Virus record (IMG/VR): IMGVR_UViG_3300029705_000015
DNA: 64,000 nt
DNA from: a virus
Taxonomy: Duplodnaviria; Heunggongvirae; Uroviricota; Caudoviricetes
Direction: 5' to 3' (one strand)
The notes under the pieces: generated by a model
What the model was told of the DNA's origin: nothing
The model's input: only the letters and a program-made list of their open reading frames with translations
Database searches by the model: none
In this document: piece after piece, positions 48,790-58,069 of the stretch
Numbering within the stretch: position 1 is the stretch's first letter
Layout: each line of letters opens with the position of its first letter
Made by a program: the position numbers and the translations under genes

Positions 48790-51700
48790 ATGGCTAATGT
48801 TGAAATTCCGAAACAAGATGGAAATGAAAATACACAGTCATCGAAATCAGCTCAGAAAACTCAACAGAAACATGCTCAAGCACTTGCCTATGAGCGAATA
48901 TTCCTCAAGAAAAAAGAAGAGTTAGAAAAGTCTTCAAGAGCTAAACAGATTCAAGCCGATATGGCTCTACTTAGAGAAAGAGCAACAGCTGAAATGGCTT
49001 TTCAGTCAGAGATAATCAAGGATGAAGAGCGTCTTGCTGAAGCTATGAATCAGATCAAGTTGCGACTTGCTGAGGAACTTTCTAAGAAACAGCTTGAGCT
49101 TATTGTTGAACAACGGAATGCTGAATATGCAGCTCATGAATTCGCAGTAGCTTGTTCTATGAAAGCATTTCAAACTCAAACTGTTCATGAGCGTGCTAAA
49201 ACTGCAGCAACTATTGCGGAAGCACAGAAAACTCAAGCTGAAAAGCTCAGAGCTGTTCGTGAAGCTGAAATTGCCGAGCTTCAAGCTCAGCATAAAGTTG
49301 CAACAAGTAGCGGTGAAAAGAGAAAGATAACTCTTGAAATAAAGAAGATTCAAAAAGAAATTGCAGCAGCTGAAGAATCCAGTGCCTCTTATCAAGAACA
49401 AGCAACAAAGTATGCTGAAATTGTTAAGAAAGTTGATTTTGAAAGACTGTCTGCAGCTCAACAGTTAGCTGTTAAACAGAAAGAGGTTGCTGATCTACAG
49501 AGTCAAGCTGATGAGGCTGTTGCTGAAATTGACTCAAAGATTGCCGCTAAACAAGTCGATCTTGAAGCAGCAAAAGCCCTTGGTGATAAAACTCTTGAGT
49601 CTACTATTTCAAAAGAACTTGATGATCTTAAAGCAGCAAGAGATGCAACCAGCGCTGAATATACTGCATCTATTGATACTTTGAAAGCTTCCATTGATGG
49701 CGCAGGTGGCTACAAAGAAAAAGCCGCAAATGCTCCTGAAGCTGCTGTTGTAACACCAGTACTGACTCCTGAAACACAAGGAGCTGCTGCTCAGGAACAT
49801 CCATTAAAGAATCAAGTTGATACTATATTAAACTATCTAACTGATCTAGTGTCAGTTTTCAAAACATATGTTGATACAATTGAATCAAAAGTAACTGCTG
49901 CACACAGTGATGTCAGTACGTTACCAACTGCCCCCACTCCTCCAAGTGTTGATACTAATCAAACAACTCAACCTGTTGTCGAACATCTTCGTGCTCTTGT
50001 TGCTCAGACAACAACTGATGATGCTACAGCTCAAGCAGAGCTTACTGCAAGATTAGACAGACTCAATGAGTTGTTGAATGCGGGGGTTACTTCTCCAGAG
50101 GATCCAACCGATCCAAATGAGCTCAAGGATCTCATTTCTGCCATTTCTGATTTCTTCGATAAAGATAGTAAATCTAAGAAATCAAAGAAAAAGGGCGAAG
50201 ATGGAGATGGCAAAGAAGAAAAAGAAAAGAAAACTCTAAGAACAATAGCAAGAGAACGCTTTACGGGAACAGGTGAGAAAGACGCTGAAGGTAATGTTGA
50301 TGGTGGTAAGCTTCAAGCCGCAAAGGAAGCCAGTCATGAAGCTACAATTGATAGTTATGAAGAACAGTATAGATTAAAAAGAGCGTTAACTACAAAGGAT
50401 GGTGCTACAGAAGCACTTGTACAAGGACTTCAAGAGCTATCTGATACGATGGCTGATCTCACAAAATCAATAGACGAGAACATCAATGCATACTACAAGT
50501 ATCAAGCCGAGATCAATGCAAGATTGCAAGGAACTGACGAAGATTACAGTAGTGTACTTAAAACAATGACTACAAATCTCGGAATGAGCATGATTGTTTC
50601 TCAGAAAGACTTCATTGAAGAGTTCCGTAAACTAGTTGATGCCGGTATTTCATACAACATTGAGAGTAGAACACTGTTGGCAACAATTACGGATAAAGTA
50701 ATCAGTACTTTTGATGTACTTAGTGCTGATCTTCAGAGACTTATTCGATTACAACAAGCAGATACCACTGCAGCACGAATGGGTATTGAGTCCTCAATTA
50801 ACAAGCTCTTGAATTCAATGTACTCTGATACAAGTTATCTTAGTTCACAGGGACCTCATGATAGCATTGAAAGTGCAATCTTGCAAGCCAGTTCAATGCT
50901 TTCTAGAGACATGTCTGTTGAGTTTGAATACATTATACATAAGTGGTTAGGTTCAATGTATTCACTCGGTATGAGCTCAAGCTCGCTCGAGAAGATTGCT
51001 CAAGGATTGAATTATCTTGGAACTGGTAACGTTACTGCATTGAATAGCGATGAATCCTTACAAACATTATTAGCTATGAGTGCATCTTGGGGCGGAGTGT
51101 CTTATGCAGATATCTTGACACAAGGTCTCAATGCTGAAACAACAAACAAGTTACTAGCTGGTATGTTACAGTACTTGATGGATATTGCAAATAATACTGA
51201 TTCCAGTCAAGTAACAAAATCAGCTTATACAGATATTTTTGGTTTGGAAATGGCTGATCTCCGAGCTATTCAGAACCTAACAACACAAGATGTTAAGGAA
51301 CTGTATTCTTTAACAACTACTTACAACAAATCTGTTCAGGAAACACAAGATCAGATTGATTCTATTATGTCCAGAACACATTTCAGTACAATGGTTGAAA
51401 CATTGTTTGACAATGCATTACTTGGTGCAGCTCTTGACATTGGTGGAAATCCTGTTACTTATGGCTTGTGGAAAACCTTGAATGTTGTTGAAGGATTAAC
51501 AGGTGGTATTGCTCTACCATTCGTTAACGTGTTTGGATCTGGTTTCGATTTGAACACAACTGTTACAGGGTTGTTGAAAGGCGGTATGGCTGGATTAGCT
51601 TTACTTGGAAATCTTGTAACATCTCTTGGCGGTGGAGGTTTGGATGGTGCGCTTAATCTAAAATCTGATTGGGGCTTAACATCTGACGCAGAATTCACAT

Positions 51701-52707
51701 CGAGAGGATCCGCTGCATCCTTCATGACAGCAGGAACAGCTTCTGGATTCAGTTCAAGCGCAAGAATTGATTACAATGGCTCTGGTAGTGGCACGGATAT
51801 GAAGAGAACTGCTATGTCTGATAGTGCTGACAGTGCTCAAGAAGATTCTGAAGTTACAAACAAGAATGTTGCAGATGCTCAAGAATTGCCAGAAAAGATA
51901 TATGAGCAGACGCAGCTGATTTGGGCTGCACTTGCGGAAGAAGATAACACTATCTTAAAACAGAGCGTTATGACATATGATCTGTTGTATGACAGATTGA
52001 ACTTCAGTGTGTTTGATTCAATTTCTGATCTGCTCGCTCCATCAAGATTGTTCTTGACTTCCGCTATGGGAGAAAATGGACTAACAAGTAACCTCATAAA
52101 TATAAATGAGGACGGTCAAGTTCTGATTCAGAATTATGCTGATCAGTTAAATACAGCAAGTAATGTAACATCTTCAGTACTTCAAGCTGTCAAATCTTCA
52201 AGTATTGATCTTTCCAATGTTACTGTTGATATGTGGAGCTTGATACAAGAATATCAAGGAAATCTTAATACTTTAGCAACTGACACATCTGTTTGGACAA
52301 ATATGTATTCTGATGGATTCAATTCTGTTGTTAGCTCTTCACAGAATGCAAATGAACAGTTTGTTAAAACTGTTATCAGTCAGATAACACAACAAAGTAT
52401 TGCTGATCCTCAGAAACTTGCTGATCTAAAAGCAATGGCAGAAATTCAAGCCCTAACAAAAGTTGTATTCCCTGAGTATGTTAGAGCAACTGTTGATGAA
52501 TTCTCACCGGATGTTCAAAAATTCTTACAGCAAATTTTGAAAGCAGCTGTTGAAATGAGTTTAACAGGCTCTGATGGATCAAACAATGTTTATGATAGTG
52601 ATGATGTTCATCCTATTGTTGCTCAGATGGCTGATAAGTTGAAGATGTTCTTTGATCCAACAAACGTTGTTACGACAAGGCAAGACACCACATTAGTTTT
52701 ACCTTGA
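48790..52707 (+). CDS. Tape measure protein
   Basis: 1305 aa, helical and Ala/Glu/Lys-rich, Gly-rich hydrophobic segment; lies between chaperones and baseplate. Confidence 0.7.
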   Translation: MANVEIPKQDGNENTQSSKSAQKTQQKHAQALAYERIFLKKKEELEKSSRAKQIQADMALLRERATAEMAFQSEIIKDEERLAEAMNQIKLRLAEELSKKQLELIVEQRNAEYAAHEFAVACSMKAFQTQTVHERAKTAATIAEAQKTQAEKLRAVREAEIAELQAQHKVATSSGEKRKITLEIKKIQKEIAAAEESSASYQEQATKYAEIVKKVDFERLSAAQQLAVKQKEVADLQSQADEAVAEIDSKIAAKQVDLEAAKALGDKTLESTISKELDDLKAARDATSAEYTASIDTLKASIDGAGGYKEKAANAPEAAVVTPVLTPETQGAAAQEHPLKNQVDTILNYLTDLVSVFKTYVDTIESKVTAAHSDVSTLPTAPTPPSVDTNQTTQPVVEHLRALVAQTTTDDATAQAELTARLDRLNELLNAGVTSPEDPTDPNELKDLISAISDFFDKDSKSKKSKKKGEDGDGKEEKEKKTLRTIARERFTGTGEKDAEGNVDGGKLQAAKEASHEATIDSYEEQYRLKRALTTKDGATEALVQGLQELSDTMADLTKSIDENINAYYKYQAEINARLQGTDEDYSSVLKTMTTNLGMSMIVSQKDFIEEFRKLVDAGISYNIESRTLLATITDKVISTFDVLSADLQRLIRLQQADTTAARMGIESSINKLLNSMYSDTSYLSSQGPHDSIESAILQASSMLSRDMSVEFEYIIHKWLGSMYSLGMSSSSLEKIAQGLNYLGTGNVTALNSDESLQTLLAMSASWGGVSYADILTQGLNAETTNKLLAGMLQYLMDIANNTDSSQVTKSAYTDIFGLEMADLRAIQNLTTQDVKELYSLTTTYNKSVQETQDQIDSIMSRTHFSTMVETLFDNALLGAALDIGGNPVTYGLWKTLNVVEGLTGGIALPFVNVFGSGFDLNTTVTGLLKGGMAGLALLGNLVTSLGGGGLDGALNLKSDWGLTSDAEFTSRGSAASFMTAGTASGFSSSARIDYNGSGSGTDMKRTAMSDSADSAQEDSEVTNKNVADAQELPEKIYEQTQLIWAALAEEDNTILKQSVMTYDLLYDRLNFSVFDSISDLLAPSRLFLTSAMGENGLTSNLININEDGQVLIQNYADQLNTASNVTSSVLQAVKSSSIDLSNVTVDMWSLIQEYQGNLNTLATDTSVWTNMYSDGFNSVVSSSQNANEQFVKTVISQITQQSIADPQKLADLKAMAEIQALTKVVFPEYVRATVDEFSPDVQKFLQQILKAAVEMSLTGSDGSNNVYDSDDVHPIVAQMADKLKMFFDPTNVVTTRQDTTLVLP

Positions 52708-52734
52708 TGAAGATATTACGGAAGGTAACGAATA

Positions 52735-54564
52735 ATGTTTCAAAAATTTCATGAGCAAACGTTGATTGCTCGATTCATAAAGCACTTACTTGCAACTGAA
52801 TACGTGCCTTCTTTGCAAACAATCAGGGAGGGTTCTAACTTAGTAGCAGGTTGTAACTACTACTTTAACGACAACATTGTTGAGTGCTTACAATCAGGAA
52901 AGTTTGGTTCAACTGCTCAAGTTAGATATCATACTGAGCAATGTTTGATGAGAAATTTCATATCAAATGTGTCTTGGTATGATGAAGAAACTCATAAAAA
53001 TCTTGGCTATTATCTAAGATACTTCAGAGATAAATATTCCATTGATCTGATGCCATATTATAACTGTTATAACAGTAAAGAGCTTGATGATGTTTATCTT
53101 AAATTCACTCAAGAGGAGATGCTAACTCCTGAGGATGATGTTATCCAAGCATTTGCTCCTGGCACTGTTCAAATAAGTCGTGAGGACACTAGTATAATTG
53201 ATAGTCCAATGAAAAACTATACAACTGTAGACCCCTCCCCATGGTCCGAAAAAGACTACATTAAGAATGTATTCATAGATGATGGTGTAACAAGCATCGG
53301 AAGTAATGCATTCTTTAACTGTAAAGGATTAGTTTCAATTGTTATTCCTAAAACAGTTACTTCAATTGGTATTGGAGCGTTTCTAGGTTGTACAAATCTT
53401 CTGGATGTTTTTTATGTGGGGTCTTCAGACGAGTGGAAAGCCATTGTTAAAGATGGCAATGATCGTCTAAACTCGGTCCGTATCACTTTTGATTATACCG
53501 ATGCCACACCTCCTGTTATGGATACTCTACAAGAAATTGATGATGATACTTGTGGTGGTAACTTAGTATGGAAACTTGATCGTGATCCCTATGAGGTAGG
53601 ACTTATTTCTTGTTCTCCTGACCTGTATGTTGGTCATAAAGTAAAACAAGAATTGATGAAATTCTTTGTTGAGGACGCAAGTGCGGATTATAGAGTTGTT
53701 GCGGTCCCAGTTTTATTTGACACTACTTATACCGTCGCTTTTTCATGTGATTCAGATGTTATGATGGCTGGTGTATTATATGATAATGGAATGATTCATA
53801 TAAACAAGTTAAGTACTGATGAGACTACGCATCAGAATAGAACTAACATGAAGTCAACTTATTCTGAGTACTTGTATCACAGTATAGCTATAAAAAGAAA
53901 TTGTAATTTTACATCACCATTTACATTCTCTATTCCACTTGCTGATGTTGTATTCAGTCAAGATGCAAAGTTAAGTGAAACAGTTAAGAGAGAGTTGTAT
54001 CAACGCCAGAAATATCTCTACATGATCATTCAACTTCCAAAAAATGTTGAAACTTCAATTGTTGTTTTAGAAGGTGATTATACAAATAAAACAATATTTA
54101 ACAAGTTTGATGACGAAGGGGAAGTTATCTCAAATGACTTAACAACGAGTGCTGATGTTACTAGATTAAGAGCCAGTGATGTTGCACCTCTCAGTTTGTT
54201 ATCGTACAATACTGGATTTTCGTATGCATTCTCAGACAGACTTGTAGAATATCTACTTAACAATGTTATCTATCCTCAAGAAACACTAAGTACAAACATT
54301 GCTAATATTCAAGAAAGTTTAACAAGAACTACAAACTCCGATGGTACAAAGCATCTTGATTATCTTCCTCTTTGTGAAGATTACAAAATAACTTTAGAAA
54401 ACAAGAGTGCTATCAAAGGTGCTTGGGACGAAGGAATTCAAGAATCAATTCTGAGAATTCTAGACACTCACAGAGACAAACTTGAATATCAGTATGATCA
54501 CGACGGATTTGTAAATAAAGATATTGAAAGATTACTTTCATTGTTAGGAGTGTATCGAACATGA
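52735..54564 (+). CDS. Baseplate-region protein with a BspA/LRR_5 insertion
   Basis: PW..IKNVFIDDGVTSIGSNAFFNC..IVIPKTVTSIG.GAF.GC. Confidence 0.6.
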   Translation: MFQKFHEQTLIARFIKHLLATEYVPSLQTIREGSNLVAGCNYYFNDNIVECLQSGKFGSTAQVRYHTEQCLMRNFISNVSWYDEETHKNLGYYLRYFRDKYSIDLMPYYNCYNSKELDDVYLKFTQEEMLTPEDDVIQAFAPGTVQISREDTSIIDSPMKNYTTVDPSPWSEKDYIKNVFIDDGVTSIGSNAFFNCKGLVSIVIPKTVTSIGIGAFLGCTNLLDVFYVGSSDEWKAIVKDGNDRLNSVRITFDYTDATPPVMDTLQEIDDDTCGGNLVWKLDRDPYEVGLISCSPDLYVGHKVKQELMKFFVEDASADYRVVAVPVLFDTTYTVAFSCDSDVMMAGVLYDNGMIHINKLSTDETTHQNRTNMKSTYSEYLYHSIAIKRNCNFTSPFTFSIPLADVVFSQDAKLSETVKRELYQRQKYLYMIIQLPKNVETSIVVLEGDYTNKTIFNKFDDEGEVISNDLTTSADVTRLRASDVAPLSLLSYNTGFSYAFSDRLVEYLLNNVIYPQETLSTNIANIQESLTRTTNSDGTKHLDYLPLCEDYKITLENKSAIKGAWDEGIQESILRILDTHRDKLEYQYDHDGFVNKDIERLLSLLGVYRT

Positions 54565-55253
54565 GATTGCTTAACAATAATGCAAGTTTTACTTCTCCGA
54601 ATACTCCTGTAACAAGTAAGAATACCTATGCAGGAAGTACTTCAAATACATTTGTTATGATAGATAATTATATCTATCTTTACCATACTGATACTCTCAT
54701 AGCAATTCCAACTTATCCACAAAATGTTACGGATTCTATGACTGCTAATTTCAACTCTGCTGATCTACTTTCAAGATCGGCCCCCATCTACTCGTTTTCC
54801 AGTTCTGGTCCAAGATCTATCAGTGTCCATCTTCAACTACATAGAGACATGATGAATAGTGTCAATGTAAGTAGCAGTAACTTGAATGTTCCAGATCTTG
54901 AAAAAGAAGACTACATCGATATTCTAATAAAACAACTCCAAGCTGCTGCACTCCCCAGATATGCAGCAGCTGAAAAGATGGTAAATCCGCCAATTGTTGC
55001 TGTTAGGTTTGGACAAGATATCTTTTGTAAAGGTATTGTTAAAGGAGCTGTTACTACAGAATACGGTGGTCCCATTCTAAGAACTGACAAGTATGCTGAA
55101 GTTAACATAAACTTTACATTAGACGAAATTGATCCGTATGATGCTGATTCCGTTATGACTCTTGGACATTTTAGAGGTTTAACAACCGATCTTGAACGGA
55201 GAATCTGGAAAACAAAAACAGGGTCGTCAACAACTAAATCAAGAACTAACTAA
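54561..55253 (+). CDS. Tail tube initiator/baseplate protein
   Basis: P.NVTDS..A.F...LSRSAPI..SGPR; LP.Y...PP.V..RFG. Confidence 0.6.
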   Translation: MRLLNNNASFTSPNTPVTSKNTYAGSTSNTFVMIDNYIYLYHTDTLIAIPTYPQNVTDSMTANFNSADLLSRSAPIYSFSSSGPRSISVHLQLHRDMMNSVNVSSSNLNVPDLEKEDYIDILIKQLQAAALPRYAAAEKMVNPPIVAVRFGQDIFCKGIVKGAVTTEYGGPILRTDKYAEVNINFTLDEIDPYDADSVMTLGHFRGLTTDLERRIWKTKTGSSTTKSRTN

Positions 55254-55261
55254 GGAGTCTA

Positions 55262-55582
55262 TTGATGGATGTTTTAACAAATAAAGCATATAAGACTCAT
55301 TCAAAGATATCAAGATATACCCCATTTCCTTACTATTACCACACAATTGACAACAAATATGTTTATGGAAAAACTGCTTATCTGAAAGATACAACCATAT
55401 ATACTGCACATACCGTTAAGCAAGGAGATACATTCGATAGCCTTGCTCTCGATTACTATAACAACCCAACATTATACTGGATAATATGTTCGTTCAATAG
55501 AATCCAAGACCCATTTCAAAACTTGAAGGTTGGTAGTGTTATCAAGATACCTGCAATAGCAAACATAGAATTTGATCTATAA
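55262..55582 (+). CDS. LysM-domain baseplate protein (gp53/gpX-like)
   Basis: HTVKQGDTFDSLA..YY.NP.LYW.I..FN.I.DP. Confidence 0.8.
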   Translation: MMDVLTNKAYKTHSKISRYTPFPYYYHTIDNKYVYGKTAYLKDTTIYTAHTVKQGDTFDSLALDYYNNPTLYWIICSFNRIQDPFQNLKVGSVIKIPAIANIEFDL

Positions 55583-55596
55583 AAGGAGAATTTATA

Positions 55597-56838
55597 ATGC
55601 CCTCCTCATTAGTTTCAGCTCAAAATAGGGTTGAGTCTCCATTTATTATTGCAAAGATTGGTGATTACACGTTTGGGCAGTGTAGTGACATTTCGAGCAA
55701 GAAAAGACTCAAGCAGTCTGGATTAGTTACTTTTCCTAATTTTATGAAATCTTTGCGTATTGTCAAGATCAATGGAACTGTTAATACATACACACTCACG
55801 ATGGATTATGCTATAACGCAACATGATGATCCCAATCTTCTTGAAAAAGTATTTAGTTCTGTTTCAACTTCAAGAAAGATTGTTTTAAGTTATGGTGACT
55901 GGAATGCTCCTTCTTATATTTACAAAGAAGAAGAAGGATTGATAACGAAAGTTGAAAGTAATGTTGATTTTCAAGCATCAAAGATTACTTATACACTCCA
56001 ATGTGTTAGTTCAGCTCTTACAATGAAAGCGGGAACATTCTCTTTCCCACCAAGAGTAGCTAAACCAAGCGATGTTATAAAAGAATTGCTAGCAAATGAA
56101 TCTTATGGACTTTCTCAGATATTCGGTGGAATGAGTAACATGTCGAAAGCATCTGTTAGTACATTCATTGCTGGTGATGATCGTAAAGTATCAATAGAAG
56201 CAAAACAAGGAGTCAGTATTCTTGATTATATCGGATATCTTGTTACTTGTATGGTTTCTGTTTCAGATAAGGGTGGCGCTATAAAGAGTGCAAACTATTT
56301 CTGGAGTGTATATGATGATGTAAGTAATGAGTATGGTGGTGCATATTTCAAAGTTATAAAAGTTGCTACAAATACAACATACAACTTAACTATGGATACA
56401 TTTGAGGTTGATGTTGGATATCCTTCTGGCAACTATGTTGCTTCCTTCTCATTGAAAACCGATCATACGTGGTCCATTCTTTATGATTATTCCGAAAAGA
56501 TAAATCAGCCCCAATACATGTATTCAATCAACGATGAAGGTAACATTGAGACATATCTCTCCCCGACTGTTACCGCATCATCTTCGGCACTAAAAACCAC
56601 TGAGGCATCTAAAACGTGGTGGACACAAGTAACTCAATATCCTGTTACTGCTACGTTAACAATAAAGGGACTCCTTAGACCTACATTGTTGATGGCTTAT
56701 GTTAAAGTTAATACATATTTCTACGGAAATAAACATATTTCTAGCGGACTGTATATCATAACTAGACAAGAAGATATAATCAATGATCAAGGATACAGAA
56801 CAATTTTGAATCTGACTCGTGTTGGAGGAGATTCATGA
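55597..56838 (+). CDS. Baseplate hub protein (gp27/gpD-like)
   Basis: Synteny; ATLTIKG...SGLYII...D.I...GY.T.L.L.R. Confidence 0.65.
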   Translation: MPSSLVSAQNRVESPFIIAKIGDYTFGQCSDISSKKRLKQSGLVTFPNFMKSLRIVKINGTVNTYTLTMDYAITQHDDPNLLEKVFSSVSTSRKIVLSYGDWNAPSYIYKEEEGLITKVESNVDFQASKITYTLQCVSSALTMKAGTFSFPPRVAKPSDVIKELLANESYGLSQIFGGMSNMSKASVSTFIAGDDRKVSIEAKQGVSILDYIGYLVTCMVSVSDKGGAIKSANYFWSVYDDVSNEYGGAYFKVIKVATNTTYNLTMDTFEVDVGYPSGNYVASFSLKTDHTWSILYDYSEKINQPQYMYSINDEGNIETYLSPTVTASSSALKTTEASKTWWTQVTQYPVTATLTIKGLLRPTLLMAYVKVNTYFYGNKHISSGLYIITRQEDIINDQGYRTILNLTRVGGDS

Positions 56839-57257
56839 GCCCATTGAAAGAAAAGCTTCTTCAGCACGAAGGGTTTGTTGATAACGAATATCTTGATAAG
56901 TATATCCAAGTTATTGAACGAAATAGACGAACTACACGAAGAGCAGGAAACACAAACAGTCATCATATAATTCCAAGATCCTGGTTCAAGATACATAAAC
57001 AAACTGTTGATAATACTTTAACTAATCTTGTTATACTAACTTACAGAGAGCATACTCTTGCACACTATTACTTATGTCTATGTACAAAAGACGAATTACA
57101 GTATGCAAATGAGCTTGCTCTCATGTTGTTGACTTCAAGAAAGAAATTGAATACATCGGAAAAACTCTTAGTACAAGGGTTGCCATTGTATAATAATATA
57201 TATGAAGATTACTTAAGTAAGAAAAAATCAAACTATAAACTGTATGAGGACAACTAG
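56835..57257 (+). CDS. HNH endonuclease (homing-endonuclease-like)
   Basis: HHIIPRS..NLV.LT.REH..AH. Confidence 0.75.
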   Translation: MSPLKEKLLQHEGFVDNEYLDKYIQVIERNRRTTRRAGNTNSHHIIPRSWFKIHKQTVDNTLTNLVILTYREHTLAHYYLCLCTKDELQYANELALMLLTSRKKLNTSEKLLVQGLPLYNNIYEDYLSKKKSNYKLYEDN

Positions 57258-57692
57258 ATGATAACTCGAGGAATTGTTGAAAAAAGAATTGATCCTTTTC
57301 ATGTTAAGGTAAGGATTCCTTCAATTGATAGAGTTGTAAGTTCTAGCGTGCACACTTCAACTGAAAACTTGAGTACTGCAACCTATGCAACAATTCCTGG
57401 AATGGAAGTCGAACTACAATCCGGAGACGTTGTAATTCTTGATGTTGGTTCTGAGGATTGTACAATCTTAGGATACTTGTACAGAGATGCATCTATAGCA
57501 AAAAAATGCGTTCTGAATCTTTCAGATCTGTTTGTTGATCAGTCTGCAACTTTACCGTTGAATACAACAATTGGAAATGTTACTTCCGCAGATATCCAAT
57601 GCTTGGCAGGAGTAACAGAGAATATTCAAGAGCAGATTGAGTCATTGAAAAAACAAATAGCAGAAATGAGAGGTGATGATGTACTCATTTGA
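57258..57692 (+). CDS. Baseplate spike-like protein (gp5/gpV OB fold)
   Basis: GIVE...VKVRIP...GDVV.....ILG. Confidence 0.6.
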   Translation: MITRGIVEKRIDPFHVKVRIPSIDRVVSSSVHTSTENLSTATYATIPGMEVELQSGDVVILDVGSEDCTILGYLYRDASIAKKCVLNLSDLFVDQSATLPLNTTIGNVTSADIQCLAGVTENIQEQIESLKKQIAEMRGDDVLI

Positions 57693-58053
57693 TTTTCCAT
57701 CAATGCTGAGTAGTACCACTGCAAAACTTAAGAATGATAAAGATGCAGTTCGTTCAAATGTTCTGTTACTTTTACAAAGTGAACGAAACACATTGTGGGG
57801 CGATCCATATTATGGTACTCAATTAAAAAGACTTCTGTTCGAACAAGCTTCACACATTATTGTTGATCTTGTTGTCGATGAAATATATACTACATTAGTT
57901 ACATTTATACCTCAGATATTTATTAAGAGGGAAGACATCACACTATCAAGTGATGGAGCTGATATATACGTTGAATTGAAATACACGCTCACACTTGATA
58001 ACAGTGTTGATATCTACACAATAAATTTAACTGATACTGAAGAAAATTCATGA
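57673..58053 (+). CDS. Baseplate gp25/gpW-like protein
   Basis: LLL.SE...L.GDP.YGT.L...LFE..FIP. Confidence 0.8.
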   Translation: MMMYSFDFPSMLSSTTAKLKNDKDAVRSNVLLLLQSERNTLWGDPYYGTQLKRLLFEQASHIIVDLVVDEIYTTLVTFIPQIFIKREDITLSSDGADIYVELKYTLTLDNSVDIYTINLTDTEENS

Positions 58054-58069
58054 TAGATGAGGCACATAT

